Source: Octopus sinensis
Taxonomy: Eukaryota
DNA: 64,000 nucleotides
Direction: 5' to 3'
NCBI RefSeq assembly: GCF_006345805.1
Contig: NC_042999.1
Span: 87,110,001-87,174,000, forward strand
Shown here: piece after piece, positions 1 through 13,069 of the stretch
How the letters are laid out: each line of letters begins with the position of its first letter
Numbering within the stretch: position 1 is the stretch's first letter
Notes under the pieces: model-generated
The model's database searches: none
Seen by the model: only the letters and a program-made list of their open reading frames with translations
Told to the model about the DNA's origin: nothing
Position numbers and translations under genes: made by a program

Positions 1-229
1 TAACCAGAAAAAGTTAGTGGAAATGGTGAAAAACATTCCTCTTCTGAAAATCAAATAGGAAAGCAATTCTTGATTATGATATTGCTACAGAAGTACACCA
101 TCTGCTCTGAAGTTATGCCAAAGTCTGTTGGGATTGATCATATCAAAAGCTACCACAAAAATCAGCAAAATAAACACTGGTTGTAGGTAACACCCATTTT
201 ATTCAAAGAATTCTTTATAACGTGAAAAT

Positions 230-1150
230 TTAACCTGAATACCTACAAACTTCAAGTGTCTGAAGATGCAGATAGGAGGAAGAAGACTGTGAAAATCTTC
301 AGAGCAAAGTGGTTGCTACAGAAAATTTTATCACATTGTGGGGGTATGACATGTCAAGATTAATCCAGTTCTCAAGATGTGAGAGATGACCATAGGAAGT
401 AATTATATGAAATTATTAACTATTTTTTTTCTCTCATTCTAAGTTGGTGTCTTTAAAAAGTGGAGATTTTGATAAAGGAGCAACTTACTGAAGTGACTAG
501 CTACAACATGATGACAATAAAAAATGTAGTTTTTGCTAAAAGAGTATTTCAACATGTAGTCTGTAAAGCAGTCAGTTGATGATTTTGAAAAAGAATACAC
601 AAAGAACAAAAGTCAAAAGACTGCCGATTGGGAAATATGTGGTTCAGTGCTATTTACTAAATTGTGAATACATACACAAGAATTTGTAGAAGAAATTTAT
701 AAGAATAAATGATCTTCCCTTAAAGCATTAGTACTACAAGAGATACAGGACCAATAGCTGTTACACTCAAAAAGAAGGATGTCATATAAATTTTTGCTAT
801 CTTTAGCCAAAAATGAAATGTTTCAAAAAGAAAAAGAATGCAATTTAGAATGGCTCATGTAGAGAACATCTATGAGAATACTAAAAAAAGACATTTTCAT
901 TGCTAGCTTTTAGATTAGAAAATGTGGCTGAAATTTCATGTTTAAGATTTTTTTAAAATAAAGAACTGATGTAAGTGCTAAATAAGAAAATCACAAGACA
1001 GGGCAGTAGTTCTAGTCAGCAACAGCAAAAAGATAAGGTTAAGGCATTAGTAATGAAGAAATTGACTATTAAGAGATATAAATAGAGAATAATTAATGTC
1101 ATCCATTGGCCAAACTCTGTAATTGCAACTTAGATTATCATGTAGATTTC
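230..1150 (+). mobile_element. Possible very decayed Tc1/mariner (maT/DD37D-like) transposase remnant
   Basis: LNTYKLQV at 235-258 and TGGCCA-AACTCT...TGCAAC-TTAGATTATCATGTA at 1107-1143 (W-P-N-S..C-N-L-D-Y-H-V) resemble the YKLQ and WPPNSPDCNPLDYYVW motifs. No ORF and no TIR seen. Confidence 0.3.
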
Positions 1151-1239
1151 ACATCTAACTTTAGTAACTCATGAGCCTAAAATATGGTAATGTCAATACA
1201 AACAGATAATGAAATTATTGACAGTGTATTTTGCTGGTA

Positions 1240-1650
1240 ATAATTAACTCTCCATGTGAAGGACAGATTTGTATGATACTTACACAAGAAGTGCAATGTT
1301 GTATTGTACTGAAATTTAGGCTTTCAAAGCTGAATGTATAATGATATGTGTATGAAAAAACAGTGCACAAACGAGCTAAGGAAGAAACTGAGTATAAAAG
1401 GAATCAGATGCAATGTGCAAGAGAGGAAACTGAGCAGATATAGACATGTCATGTATATGGAGGACAACAATTGAATATAGAAATTCAGAGTGATCCAAGT
1501 GGAAAGAGCCTACAGAAGACCAAAGAAGCAATGGTGAAAGCTGATCTAATGAGGTTGATTGGATTGATAGAAGACCACAAGTGATGAGACACTATACTGA
1601 AAAAGATCTGTCAACATGCAAGCATGAAAAAAATGAATGTAAAATTATGA
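1240..1650 (+). mobile_element. Old RTE-clade LINE 3' remnant
   Basis: Decayed match to the RTE C-terminus (LRKKLSIKGIRCNVQERKL...HVMYMED...RPKKQW.KADL), followed by a tail resembling the 3' end of the 10.9-kb copy. Confidence 0.55.
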
Positions 1651-4600
1651 AAATGTACCAAGCAGCTAATCAGTTTTTCAAGTGAAGTTTCCAGTTGTGA
1701 GTTACAATAACAAAAGACTTTCAGATAATCAATGAAGTTTATCATTGCTTTAGACAATGTTAAAATATACAAAATAACTGAACCTTTCAGGGATATTCTG
1801 GCAAGTTCTTCAAGAAAAATTCTAACAAAATCAATTAAAAGTTTGCCCTTTGATTCAAAGCAACTGCTAATATTTTCCAAAAGATTTAAAAGGTGTTAGG
1901 TAACTTGATAAATTTCATCTTTGTGTCAAGGCAGAACTCTTGTAGTAAAGAGGTAATGTGTCCCAGGAGATTCCATGTTTTACACTCCAAAAGCTGAAAA
2001 AACATAGCTTCTGCATCCAGAATGGTGGCTCTGATTACATATTCTGATGTTGTACACATAAAATTATATGCTTATTTTATGGATTGCTACTTTTAAGATG
2101 AACACTTGATTGTGAGTAGCTATCTCATTCATAAGCCACTGTTTGTTGCATACTGTAATCTGCCACTAACTCCCATAACTGAGGGAGCCTTTTATCAAAC
2201 TAATTGATAGGCCAAGCAGTCAAGTCTAAGCAACATTCATAAACATGAAAATTAAAACTTCTGAATCATCTAGCATTATTGAAGAAGTGTAAACAATTTA
2301 AAACAGGAGAAAAAGGAAGTCACTTTATAAAGGTAGTTCATATTATAGCCAAATGTTTCAATCTTAATGTTAATATTACTGAAAAGGTGAAGAAAATGAG
2401 GAAAATCAATCTTGCAAGTCTAAAGACATCTGCAAGCATATAAATCAGTTAAATATAATACATTGGATCACTCAATATAAAAGTGAATACATAAAATGAG
2501 ATACATTTGAGTCATGCACAATCAAACAAGGTATTTAGTTATCAAGATGGTACCTGGAAGCCTTCTTTTTCACAGCTGTTACTTGACACGACTTTAAGAT
2601 TCAAAGCAAATGATTTCTATTTTACAAACAAAATATAGAAATTACTTTGAAATTTTGTGAAAATCTTTTGGAGAAAAATACAAGGAAAAAAAAAAAACAG
2701 ATGAAGACATTATTTAACTTAGTATGTTAGGAATCCAATACAATTTTTAATGTCCAAAGTTGAAAATATATGAACCTTTCCACCAAACCCCACTTAAATC
2801 ATACAATCTGTAACAAGTTGTAATAACATATTGCTACTCAACATGTTACTCCTGATAAAGTTATAAATGTGTGGTTAAAGTACAAGATTAAATAGAACAT
2901 TAGTGTCTTGTAGATCATAGACATACCTTGCAAGATAAATTTGGTAAGGGATGTATCTCTATAAACATGTATTATGCTGCTTACAATCTCCCTTATGCAA
3001 AACAAAAAAAAATCAGAGATTTGGTGAAAAACAGTTTACTTGTTTCTAAGATATGAAACTATCTTTTTAAAATAACCATCATCACAATAAAAATCATACT
3101 GAGCCACCAAAGAAGTCTCCACATGATTACTTGACCAGCTACAAATAGCAACCAGCTACCTCTGACACTACTAGCTTAATAAAAGGCCACATTAAATATC
3201 ATGGTCCTAGAAACTATATCTGGAGAGAAAAGATGGGAAATGTACAACCGGAATGCTTTTCATCATAGTTTTGCACAATCAGGTTCCACTTGGGGCAAAT
3301 ACAATGGAAATCACAAGTAGCATTCTCCACATTTTAGAAAAAATCTTGGTAAATAGAAAAACATAGCTGTATGAAAATTAAAATTAAAACATTGAACACA
3401 ATATGTTCTATTTTGAAGGTATAATTATATAAGACACATGTAAAATAGAAAGATTTCCAAGTTTCTATCATGAAAAAATTATTTTAATAAATGCATTAGC
3501 ATCCACTGTTTAAAAATAAGATACTTGGAGACATTACTGTTTACTACTCAATAAGTAACAAATTCTAAGACTATTTATATTTTGTAACAAGACAAACAGA
3601 ATAATGTCACGAATAGCTTTAAAGTCAAGTCAAACTGTAGACAGAAATAACAGGTATAAAATAATTGGTATACTCTTGTTTATAACCAAAAGAAAAACCA
3701 AGACTAAATCAAAAAATATAGACATATGTAAATAATTATGCTGACCTTCTCAAATTTAAACTTTCTATAATTGAATGCTAGAAGCGGAGTAAAAAATAAA
3801 TATATAATCACCTTTACGAACCAATGAAACTGGACTTCTACATTGGCCTTTATCAATGAGAAAGCAAATGTTGAGTCATGTCTAAAATGACATTTCAGGC
3901 AACAGAGATTGTGCACTTATAATGTCTACTGGTTGCATTGAAATCCCAGCACACACTAATGTTGATTTTTCAATAAATTACTCTACAATTTAATATTAAT
4001 TTTCTCAGCACATATTCTGCTGAAAAGAAAATGCTGGAATTTTTCAAGACTTCTAAATTATTTTATCTTTTCTATCTAAACTATATCTCAATTTTTTCAT
4101 CATGATAACATTAATTCAAGCCCTGTGGTTAGAATTAAATTAATTACTTTTATTTTTAATACCAGACCACATGAATACTGGATTATATGTGTTTAACTTT
4201 GTTTAAATGAATATATTTTGAAATATAGTACTTGAAGGCATTCTAAGAATAAATGTTTTAAATTGTGAAATTTTATTTTACTAGAAAATACGTTCTTAGA
4301 AATTGGATATCATAAAAATGATTCCCTCTCAAAATGTAACACAAAACATCAACCTAATAATCTGGAAAACCCATACTGCCAACATTCCTAACCCAAGAGA
4401 ACATTTGAGTTATACTAAAAGATAATATCTTTCATTATCAATTTAAAATCCTTTTCCTTATGCTTTAATTGGTTGATATGACATTTTATTTAATGCTGGG
4501 TACATTTCCATGCCAACAATTTATTTTTGCTCTGACAACCGATGTACTGATACAACTTCTGTAGTTCATTGTATCATTTTCTATTCAATACTACCACTAA

Positions 4601-4894
4601 ATCATGTAACATTTCAAATATCTCCAATCCAACTTATATCATCATGTATTTTATAAAATTTGATATCATCCATTGTTTTAATGTCCACATGATCCAGACA
4701 GAATTTGTTGAGGCACATTTTACTACAGCCAGGCATCCTTCCTGTAACCAACCCTTACCTGTTTCCAAGGTAATATTTCTCCTTGGACAGACAGGTTTTC
4801 ATGAAAGATTGGAAGAACATTGCTTGTATGGCAGTGACATTTGTTCGCAACTATCATGTAATATTAAGACAAGCAGGCACCAACTTACATGAAT

Positions 4895-5045
4895 ATATAC
4901 AACAAGCTTCTTTCAGTTCTCATCTACTATTGACAAGGCTTTGATCAGTTCATAGTTATAGAAGTCAAAATATCACACTGAGAATGAACTCAGGACTATG
5001 TGCTTGGGAAATAAGCTTCTTAACCACACAGCTGTGCTTGCGCCT
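4895..5045 (-). mobile_element. tRNA-derived SINE family A, head fragment
   Basis: Decayed reverse complement of the family A head seen intact at 32872. Confidence 0.6.
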
Positions 5046-5639
5046 ACACTTAGAAAATTAAATGACAGACAATATATAAATTTTCAAATTTGATTACCTT
5101 CTCTAATGCAGTAATTATAGTTCTAGCTCTTAGTTTGTTATAATTGGTCATGCCAAAATCAAATTTACTTCTTACATGATGTTTATAAATGAACATCATA
5201 TAATAAAAAGTAGCAATTTAACTTAATTGCTTATACAGTTTAAACTCTAAACAAAGGACTATATTGAATTGGTGTCAAAAATTTTTTGTTTTACTTTTTT
5301 TCTATTTGTTTATGTAGGTACTGCCTAATTTCTCAAAGTAAAGCACTTATATTTCACCAAGATGATAGAAACACTAAATATCATTTATACCTTACCACAC
5401 ACACACACATGAAACATCTAAACATTCATATAGGGACTTCAAGGAAACCACGCATTGCCTATTCACCCCAAACTCCTGCATAACTCTCCACATGTCCCAT
5501 GGTACACAGTCTACAAAACAATATTCTCACAATTTCTCAAAAACCTGCTATAGAGTGAAGATCTGGTTGGTTGTGCTGTGTGCAGGATGGAAATCATACT
5601 AATCATCCTGCTTGGGCTTCCCAATTTCCTTACATCTTA

Positions 5640-5950
5640 TCCAAACACCAAGTATAGGATCTACCAAGGAAAGTCAACAAGGAGAGTCCACTATAATGAG
5701 AGCATTCTTTTGTCTCTGCACTGAGCTCCAGTACAGCAGACACGTGATTAGAATGTCATAGGAAAGAACTGCAAGATGGATTCTTCAAGCCAAGCCAACC
5801 AACAGGAGGACTAGGGGTAGACCAAAAACAAGCTGGTTGAATAATATCCAAATCCAGCTAAAAAGTCTGACAACTGCTACTGATCAATTCCTATGGAGGC
5901 AGTACCCAAGAACTAACCCCATGACCCTTGCAGAAACAGTGGGTGGAGAA
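5640..5950 (+). mobile_element. RTE-clade LINE 3' fragment (separate subfamily)
   Basis: Translates LQYSRHVIRMS*ERTARWILQAKPTNRRTRGRPKTSW, matching the RTE C-terminal RW.GHV.RM...R.RGRP..W motif. Confidence 0.7.
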
Positions 5951-7565
5951 GACGGGGGGGGGGATATGAAATAGATTGAATAAAATATCAGATAGCTGCA
6001 ATACTTTTGCTTCAATCATTTGAAGAAATATTCAATGTAGCTAACTTAATATTGAACAGTCATGTAAAAGACATTACTAAACGATGTAAAGTAATTTTAT
6101 TATACTGTCACAACAATCTCTCTCTTAAGAACTCATGTGCCTTTAATGGAATTCACAGATGTAAACATTCAGTTCCTTCCTCAATGTTTTTCCTGCATTG
6201 TTTGGGTATCAGCCATATCTAACTAATCTGAGGGCCTGCAAAGATAATCATCACTAATGCTCTAAGTTATTTAAAAAAGAAAGCACCTGCAAAAACTGCT
6301 CTATTTCTCACCTCTAGTTGCCACTCATATGTGAATCTATCAAAATCCAAATACTTTGTCATTACTAAATCATTTTTCTCATGAACTCATATAGTCGACT
6401 TCTGAAATATCCTTTCATACTGCTGTAAGTAAAATTTAAATGCGATTCACCAGTGTTAAAATGCAACAATATTTGAGGATTACAGATCTTATGTAAAAAG
6501 CCAAATATTCGTGAAGATAAAAATAGTTTTGATACTTCGAGCAACATACCTAAATTGAGAGTAACATGGAAATATGCAAATGAATTATCAATATCCAAAA
6601 CCCAACCTAGTTAATACCTCAACATCGACTTGCATTAAGACCTAAACATTCTAATGCCATGTGTTTTCATATTTTTGACTTCGGAAGACTGACCAGGTAA
6701 TCCCATCAAGTGCTTTTTACGCTCACAGTTGGGCAATATGGTGATGCTCTGAAGTCAACCATTTTCACAATTTTTTTTTTCCTATTACGTTACTAAACAC
6801 AGACTACTTTTTAAAACTTTATTCAGTAAGAGTAAATTTCCCATTTTACTACGCAAACATGAACTAAACGACACTACAAATTAAAACATTAAGCAAATTC
6901 TTCAGGCGCATTCTACAAATTTTGTTTTTATTAACACCACCCATACAATTAGGAAATATGACTAAACTATTAAAAAGGCTAAACTGATTATGTAGAGTAA
7001 TGTACCTTGCCGGAAAGACACACCTTGTTAATACTTCAATATAGTGTAAGTGAGAAAATGGGACTGACAACAATTCTGAAACATAACTACAATATTAGAC
7101 AATTTTTCTAAACAATACGAAAGAATATATGGTTTCACTTATCTCTTTAAAAATTTGACATAAACTCAAAAGATTATTTCCGGTAATAGGCACAAAAATT
7201 CAAGAAATATTAAAAAACAAAAAAAAGTGAGAGGAAATAGTTTATTAAAAAAATATATAACGGGAGTGCTCATTGATTTTTTTCAGCATCAGTAATAGCT
7301 TGCCTTGGTAACGAGAACCATGCATATATTAAATAAACGGTTTAATTTCATTCACTATGTAGAAGAGAATAAAGAAATTCTTTTTTTCTTTACTCCTTTT
7401 TCCTACGTAGTACGGGAAATGGAGTCACAAAAATGTGTACGAAATTGTTAACTACATAAAGCTTTAAATATTACATATATAATACAAAATATACATATAT
7501 TCATATATATATATATACATATATACACGAATATTCATATATATATACACATAATACACAGACAC

Positions 7566-7600
<35 letters not shown>

Positions 7601-9158
7601 TACACACACACACACATACGTGTGTGTGTGTGTGTATAATCGTTTTAATTCTGTAAGCATATCTGTGTTAATTTATTTTTTATTTGATTAACTTTTCCTA
7701 ACCAGAATTGAAAATAAACATTACTAATTCCAAATTTTTACCAATTAATATAGATAATCGGCTACCACATACACATCAGTACACAAACGAATTCTGTAAT
7801 ATTTATTAACTGACGGCTTCATATCAAACTATTCCTGTCAGATTGAAAAACAAGGGCTAGCTGTGTATATTTTCGAAAGAACATGACATTTAACAAGCTA
7901 AAAATTATTTTACAAAAATTTCATGTATATGTATTATGGGTGTTTTGAAAGATTTCGAATAAAAGGCAATATAATTTCATTTAGGTAGTAAAGAAAAATG
8001 AAAAACCGATGAAATCCAATACAACATCAAATGAAAGGAAGGGAGATAACCAACATATCGGCCGGACAAGCTAATGAGAGACGGTAGAAGTGTTCAACGT
8101 GCTAGGTAGGGCACCTTAAACTATGACTAACCGATCAAATTACAGCAATACAACAAATGTGAACAATTACGAAGAACATTTCCAACAAGCATGAGTTAAT
8201 GACGTGAAGAGTTACTAATGATCACTTTGAGAAAAGTCGACGGGTAAATGGAGACGAAAGGTAGTAGCGGGTCAGCAATTAAAGACTTTGTGGAACAATA
8301 ATGCAGTGAAAAATAAATGCAACACACACAGATAGCAAGAAATGGGTTTTATTAAAAATTCGGGAAGTACATACTAATGTGGGAAGTTAGTAGAATTGTA
8401 AGATTAAAAGCTGTTCAACCATTTTGATGAGTAGTTTTAGTGTATCGAGACACTTCCGGTAGCAGCCACCACCCACCGTACATCTATTAAGTCTGGCTGG
8501 CTGATATCTGTTATATAGACACTATCTCTTGAGCCGTTTGAAAACTAGACAAACAAGAGTGTTACAACTATAAACTATTATGAGCAATTAAAACTAATCA
8601 ATGAAATTATATATTGTAAATTTACAGACATTTTTGAATACGTATAACAGCGATACTATTTAGTAAATTATAGAATATCATAATTATAGATAAGAAAGCT
8701 AAAAAGACTAAAATGTCATTTGGGATGGGGTTCCTAGCCTTTTTTTTTATGATGTTATTTCAAATTGGCAACCAGACTTTTTAAATAAAAGGGTAAAGCA
8801 AAAAGAATGAGTTCAGTTATGGAGTAAATGTGCCGACATGAGTGTAAGAAGAAACAAAAATATTTCAGAATGGGATGGGAGTAAAAAATGGTAACAAAAA
8901 GTCAAGTAAATTTATGACTGTTAAAATATATTTTATATATATATATATATATATCATGATTCACTAAACAGGGCACGAACTCTTATGAATATTCGCAACT
9001 AATAATAATAACAAAATAAAATAAATCAGTTGAGCACTAAATATCGAAAGCTGACTAATTTGATCAGAATTCCCCAACTTTAAAATACGATAAAAATTAA
9101 AACAAAAAAAAAACAGGTATTTGCGGGTTCTGACAAATATAAAAATTAACAGACACAG

Positions 9159-9190
<32 letters not shown>

Positions 9191-9633
9191 CCAGCATTAA
9201 CTCTTTGGAAGAGGGGTGGGTTACGATTAAATATAAGCACTAGAAACGGTAGAATTTTTTTTTTTTCGGTTTTATAAAAATAATTTCCGAGCTGTAAACT
9301 GGGATAATTATAAAGGGAGAGTTGAACGGCAGGAAAGGAATTATTTGTGTCACAAGACGTTTCGCTGTCCAAGAAAGTGATAAGTAGATGGATTCTTTCA
9401 ATAAATATCTTAAACCTAAATAGGGTCCCTTAACTCTGTGACAATATGGATGACAAATAGGGTAATAAATAAAATATTAAAAAACAAAATAGAAAGCAAA
9501 AAAAAAAGTGCATTGAGAAGATAAGGGATTCTGAAGAGAATGACACATTTCGATAGACCGAGGTAGAAAAAATAAAACGAGAGATATACGAGAAATGGAG
9601 AAAGTTACTAAATGAAACTAAAAAGATACTTAC

Positions 9634-9830
9634 CTTTTGTTTACAGTAGTATAATGTAATGGTTAACGAACACCCTTCTCTCGTTGCTGTCACCCTACCC
9701 CAGACGAAGTAAGCCCACTGTGATGACGTAAGACGCCACCGAATCGTTACTATATTTGGAATTATTTCCCGTGACGCTCTGCTGCTGGTCCGTATAAAAT
9801 ATGGACTCGACACTTTACACGAACCGTTTC
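9634..9830 (-). other. Candidate non-coding first exon of a minus-strand host gene
   Basis: Perfect donor AAAAG|GTAAGT (intron GT at 9633-9632) inside the CpG-rich zone. No ATG in the exon; the 5' end is approximate. Confidence 0.4.
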
Positions 9831-10123
9831 GTTAAAGAGAAAAAGTGGTGAAGCGAAGAAAAAAGTTACTTCGTTAATTTTTATCTTATTTTTATTTTTC
9901 AGGAGAAATTATTTCCATCGCTAACATTCAGTTATCCTAGTTTTTAACACATAAAACATTTCATTTCTTTAGTCTTGATAAAATGTGTAACGATTGTATA
10001 GTTAAAATTTAAGCAATAAATATGTATAATTTACAACTCCACAGTTAGCATTTCAAACAAGCACTTTATAGCCGTTAAAAGAAAAATATAACAAACCAAC
10101 GTTAATAATTAAACTTAAGTGGA

Positions 10124-10174
10124 TGCGCGCGCGCGTACACATATATGTGTGCGCGCGTGCACGCACGTGCGCAT
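10124..10174. repeat. Alternating purine-pyrimidine near-palindrome (Z-DNA/cruciform-prone)
   Basis: tgcgcgcgcgcgtacacatatatgtgtgcgcgcgtgcacgcacgtgcgca, symmetric around catatatg. Confidence 0.75.
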
Positions 10175-10309
10175 GAGGATAAAAAATTACAATATTATGC
10201 TCGAAAGCAAAATTAAAATGGGAATATACTAAAAATGGGAATTACAAATAAGTAATAAAAGAAATGTAAAATTTTATTTTTGAAAAGTTATATTCATTTA
10301 AAAACTAAA

Positions 10310-10480
10310 TTCCTACACAGGCACAAGAGCACAAATTTATATGGGACAGTAGTTGACAGTACTGTATGTTTACAGGTACTTGTTTAATTGAGCCAGGGGA
10401 GAAAGTAAGATCTAATCAATTTGCAGCAGGTTTTGAACACAGAAAGTTAGACAATTACTGAATGCCATGAACAGAAGTAG
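10310..10480 (+). mobile_element. SINE family B, decayed
   Basis: Resembles family B (33453 copy): gtacaggtacttgtttaattgagcc...ttttgaacacagaa. Confidence 0.45.
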
Positions 10481-10854
10481 GTTGCTCTAAGTAGTTCCTA
10501 GGTAATGATGCTACTATAAAACTTTATCATCCTCATCATCAGTTAATGAGCGCTTTCAGTGGACAGTTTAACAAGCCCTGATGAGCCGGTGTCAGTTCTA
10601 GCATGGTTTCTATATCAGGATGTCCTTCCTAATTCTGACCCCTTTACAGCTTGTAGTAGGTATTTTTGTAATACCACCTCTTGTGATGTCACCAAATAAA
10701 TTGTAAGACAGAAAGGAATGGAAATAGGAAAAAGGAAAATGCTTTTGAAGTGGGAGCATTCAGGCAAGGGAGGCTGTTTTATGGGAGATGTTGAACTGCT
10801 AAAGTATAGTAGATGGGCAAGCACAACTGTCTTGCTACAGAGGAGATACATGGC

Positions 10855-10901
<47 letters not shown>

Positions 10902-10919
10902 TCAGCAGCAGCCACACTG

Positions 10920-12870
10920 CCAGAAGGGAAGCTAGGAGGCAGGTGTATTTAGCCAGAGGGGAAGCAGATAAGAAAAAATTTGCCAATGTTCTGTGCCGTG
11001 AGGATGAAAGACTTGAGGTATTTCATGTTGCAAGACAGTGTGTGAGAGAGAATCGTGATGTGGTAGGAGAGAAATGTGTTCTCAAGGATGACGGTTCACT
11101 TGCGCTAAATGCAAGGAGAGAGGTTTGGAGACGCCACTATGAAAGGTTGCTGAATGAGGAAAATGAATGGGATAAAGAGAGTCTGCCGAAAGTCGACCCA
11201 ACGGAGGGACCAGCAATCCGAGTTGACAGTTCCTTAGTAGTTAAGGCAATTACAAGCATGAAAACGGGGAAAGCCCCAGGCCCATCAGGAATTACTGCAG
11301 AGATGCTCAAAATATCTGGTAGTGTCGGCTATAGCCTAGTCACCCGTATAGTTAACCAGGTGATACACGAAGGAGTCATTCCCAATGACTGGTGTAGCAG
11401 CATAATAGTCAACTGCTACAAAGGTAAAGGTAACGCCCTAGATACAAATAACTACAGGGGTATCAAGCTGCTGGATCAGGTAATGAAGGTTACGGAGAGG
11501 GTTATAGCCCAACTAATTAGAGAGAGAGTTAGCTTAGATGAGATGCAGTTTGGGTTCGTGCCAGGGAAAAGTACTACTGATCCTATATTCCTGGTAAGAC
11601 AGCCGCAGGAGAAATACCTAGCCAAAGATAAGCCCCTGTACCTGGCTTTTGTTGACATGGAGAAAGCCTTCAACAGGGTCCCCCGATCCCTTATCTGGTG
11701 GTCAATGAGGAAACTAGGGATAGATGAATGGTTAGTGAGAGCTGTGCGAGCCATGTACAGAGATGCTGCTAGTAAGGTGAGAGTTGGCAACAAGTACAGT
11801 GAAGAATTCCGGGTAGAGGTTGGGGTCCACCAAGGTTCAGTCCTCAGTCCCCTCCTATTTATCATAGTCCTCCAGGCAATAACGGAGGAATTCAAGACAG
11901 GATGCCCCTGGGAGCTCCTCTATGCTGATGACCTTGCTCTAATTGCTGAGTCACTATCAGAACTGGAGGAGAAGTTTCAGGTGTGGAAGCAAGGATTAGA
12001 ATCAAAGGGCCTTAGAATCAACCTAGCCAAAACCAAAGTCCTAATAAGTAGGAAGGTAGACCAATCACAAACGCCTTCAGGTAGATGGCCCTGCTCGATC
12101 TGTAGAAAAGGTGTAGGTAGAAAATCTATCAGATGCACCAAGTGTAAGCTATGGACACATAAGAGGTGCAGCAATGTCAAAGGAAGGCTAACTAGGAAAA
12201 TAGTTTTTGTTTGTGGCAGATGCTCAGGAGCAATAAACACTGAAAATGTGCAGAGACCAACTTCTACCACATTCCAGAGAGAAAAACTAGAAGTAGTTGA
12301 TAGCTTCCGCTACCTAGGTGACCAAGTCAGTAGCGGGGGTGGATGTGCTGAAAGTGTAACTGCTAGAGTAAGAATAGCCTGAACAAAGTTCAGAGAGCTC
12401 TTACCTCTGCTGGTGACAAAAGGCCTCTCACTCAGAGTAAAAGGTAGACTGTATGATGCATGTGTATGAACAGCCATGCTACATGGTAGTGAAACATGGG
12501 CTGTGACTGCTGAGGATATGTGTAAGCTCGCAAGAAATGAAGCCAGTATGCTCCGATGGATGTGTAATGTCAGTGTTCATACTCGACAGAGTGTAAGTAC
12601 CTTGAGAGAAAAGTTGGACCTAAGAAGCATCAGTTGTGGTGTGCAAGAGAGACGTTTGTGCTGGTATGGTCATGTGACGAGAATGGCTGAAGATAGTTGT
12701 GTGCAAAAGTGCCACACCCTAGCGGTTGAGGGAACCTGTAGAAGAGGTAGACCCAGGAAAACCTGGGACGAGGTGGTGAAGCACGACCTTCAAACTTTAG
12801 GTCTCACCAAGGAAATGACTAGAGACTGAGACCTATGGAAGTATGCTGTGCGTGAGAAGACCTGGCAAGA
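10920..12870 (+). pseudogene. RTE reverse transcriptase pseudo-ORF with internal C4HC3 finger
   Basis: Open to 12382, then in-frame TGA stops (about 12380, 12466, 12827) in an otherwise collinear RTE C-terminus. The endonuclease is missing. Confidence 0.92.
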
Positions 12871-13069
12871 CTAGTGAGACCATAACCCGTGGCCTCTACC
12901 AGGTATGTAGCCAGTTGACTTATACATACCTTTCCTTCTTGGGACACAAAACTCCGTTTGTGAAGACCCGTTGAGGCAAGTGAAATCAAAATCAAATCAA
13001 ATCAAATCAGATATCAGAAAGCAGAACCCAAATCGAAGTCGATCAACATCAATGGAAATTGCAGCTGTG

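Larger units (their letters stand above)
6500..10200. promoter_or_regulatory. CpG-rich promoter-like region
   Basis: CpG is visibly frequent here and scarce in the flanks (not computed). ETS/GABP-type CACTTCCGG at 8451-8459; CRE-like TGACGT at 8200 and 9724; no recognisable TE; strong donor at 9633. Confidence 0.55.

Noticed and set aside
1611-1880. 89-aa minus-strand ORF as a host exon
   Set aside because: No recognisable domain, a non-ATG start just after a stop, and no convincing splice pair.
7598-7637. (CA)n/(TG)n inverted microsatellites (also 22555-22620)
   Set aside because: The symmetry follows from simple-repeat composition and is common in this genome.
10578-10584. CTGATGA as a hammerhead core (also about 27216; minus strand at about 38985 and 56385)
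   Set aside because: There is no correctly placed GAAA with pairing stems.
10718-10920. N-terminal extension of the 554-aa ORF
   Set aside because: It runs through unrelated flank and a (TA)n tract; RTE homology starts only near 10920.
11476-12270. Antisense ORFs over the RTE copies (also 19193-20026, 31111-31904, 50244-50938)
   Set aside because: They are shadow frames of LINE coding sequence.
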